From NCBI RefSeq assembly GCF_003704095.1, contig NW_020846824.1:124001-188000 (forward strand): a stretch of 64,000 nucleotides of DNA. Reading direction: 5' to 3'. Each line of letters begins with the position of its first letter. The first letter of the stretch is position 1. The notes below the pieces were generated by a model that had not been told where the DNA came from, searched no databases, and saw only the letters and a list, made by a program, of their open reading frames with translations. This document shows, in pieces, positions 63,776-64,000 of this stretch. The DNA comes from Pocillopora damicornis (taxonomy: Eukaryota). The translations under genes and the position numbers were made by a program.

Positions 63776-64000
63776 ATGCATTCTGAAAAGTTGGCAGTTA
63801 TTGAAGTCAAGGTGAACTTCTTGTCTTGTCAGGCACTGGAAGATATCAGCGCGGGGTCTTTTTTAACTGATCTCTGGGGTGCAGTGAAAAATTCTCCAGA
63901 TTCTCACACTGTGCATGTTGAGAAAAACAAGCATGTGACTCCTGAAGGGGTTATGAAATATGTCAATCATTCTTGTGACAGTAATGCAAAATTTATCTTT
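63776..64000 (+). CDS. Compact SET-domain methyltransferase, N-terminal 75 aa, truncated by the window edge
   Basis: After a polypyrimidine/AG acceptor at 63770-63771 the frame reads MHSEKLAVIEVKVNFLSCQALEDISAGSFLTDLWG...HTVHVEKNKHV..EGVMKYVNHSCDSNAKF. It contains SET motifs A..DI..G..L and (F/Y)(I/V)NHSC.xN. It is absent from the supplied ORF track because no stop falls inside the window. Confidence 0.82.
   Translation, partial: MHSEKLAVIEVKVNFLSCQALEDISAGSFLTDLWGAVKNSPDSHTVHVEKNKHVTPEGVMKYVNHSCDSNAKFIF

Overview
AT-rich, intron-rich animal genomic DNA with five N-gaps (4098-4197, 8567-8666, 10119-10218, 15952-16024, 27772-27871). Gene and repeat content suggest a cnidarian, probably a stony coral (inference, not checked by search). 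In order along the window: (1) a decayed Polinton/Maverick (adintovirus-like) relic at 1-2520 with pPolB, packaging ATPase and minor/major capsid remnants; (2) the 3' part of a large type I membrane protein with GCC2/GCC3 cysteine repeats (- strand), beside a gap-flanked, opposite-strand 1.45-kb open contig that may belong to the same gene; (3) a METTL7/TMT1-like methyltransferase; (4) FHIP1/FAM160A; (5) an orphan coiled-coil ORF; (6) ZCCHC10; (7) a PA-TM-RING (goliath/RNF130/RNF150-type) E3 ligase; (8) RPL9, head-to-head with (9) a 17-exon Aa_trans amino-acid transporter; (10) an intronless class A GPCR; (11) a second METTL7-like gene with a frameshift; (12) the start of a very compact SET-domain protein at the window edge. 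Introns and intergenic DNA hold MITEs, tRNA-derived SINEs, Penelope and LINE fragments, and a foldback carrying a minimal hammerhead ribozyme motif. Exon boundaries were read by eye from GT-AG sites and reading-frame continuity. Family assignments come from recognising motifs; no database search was run.
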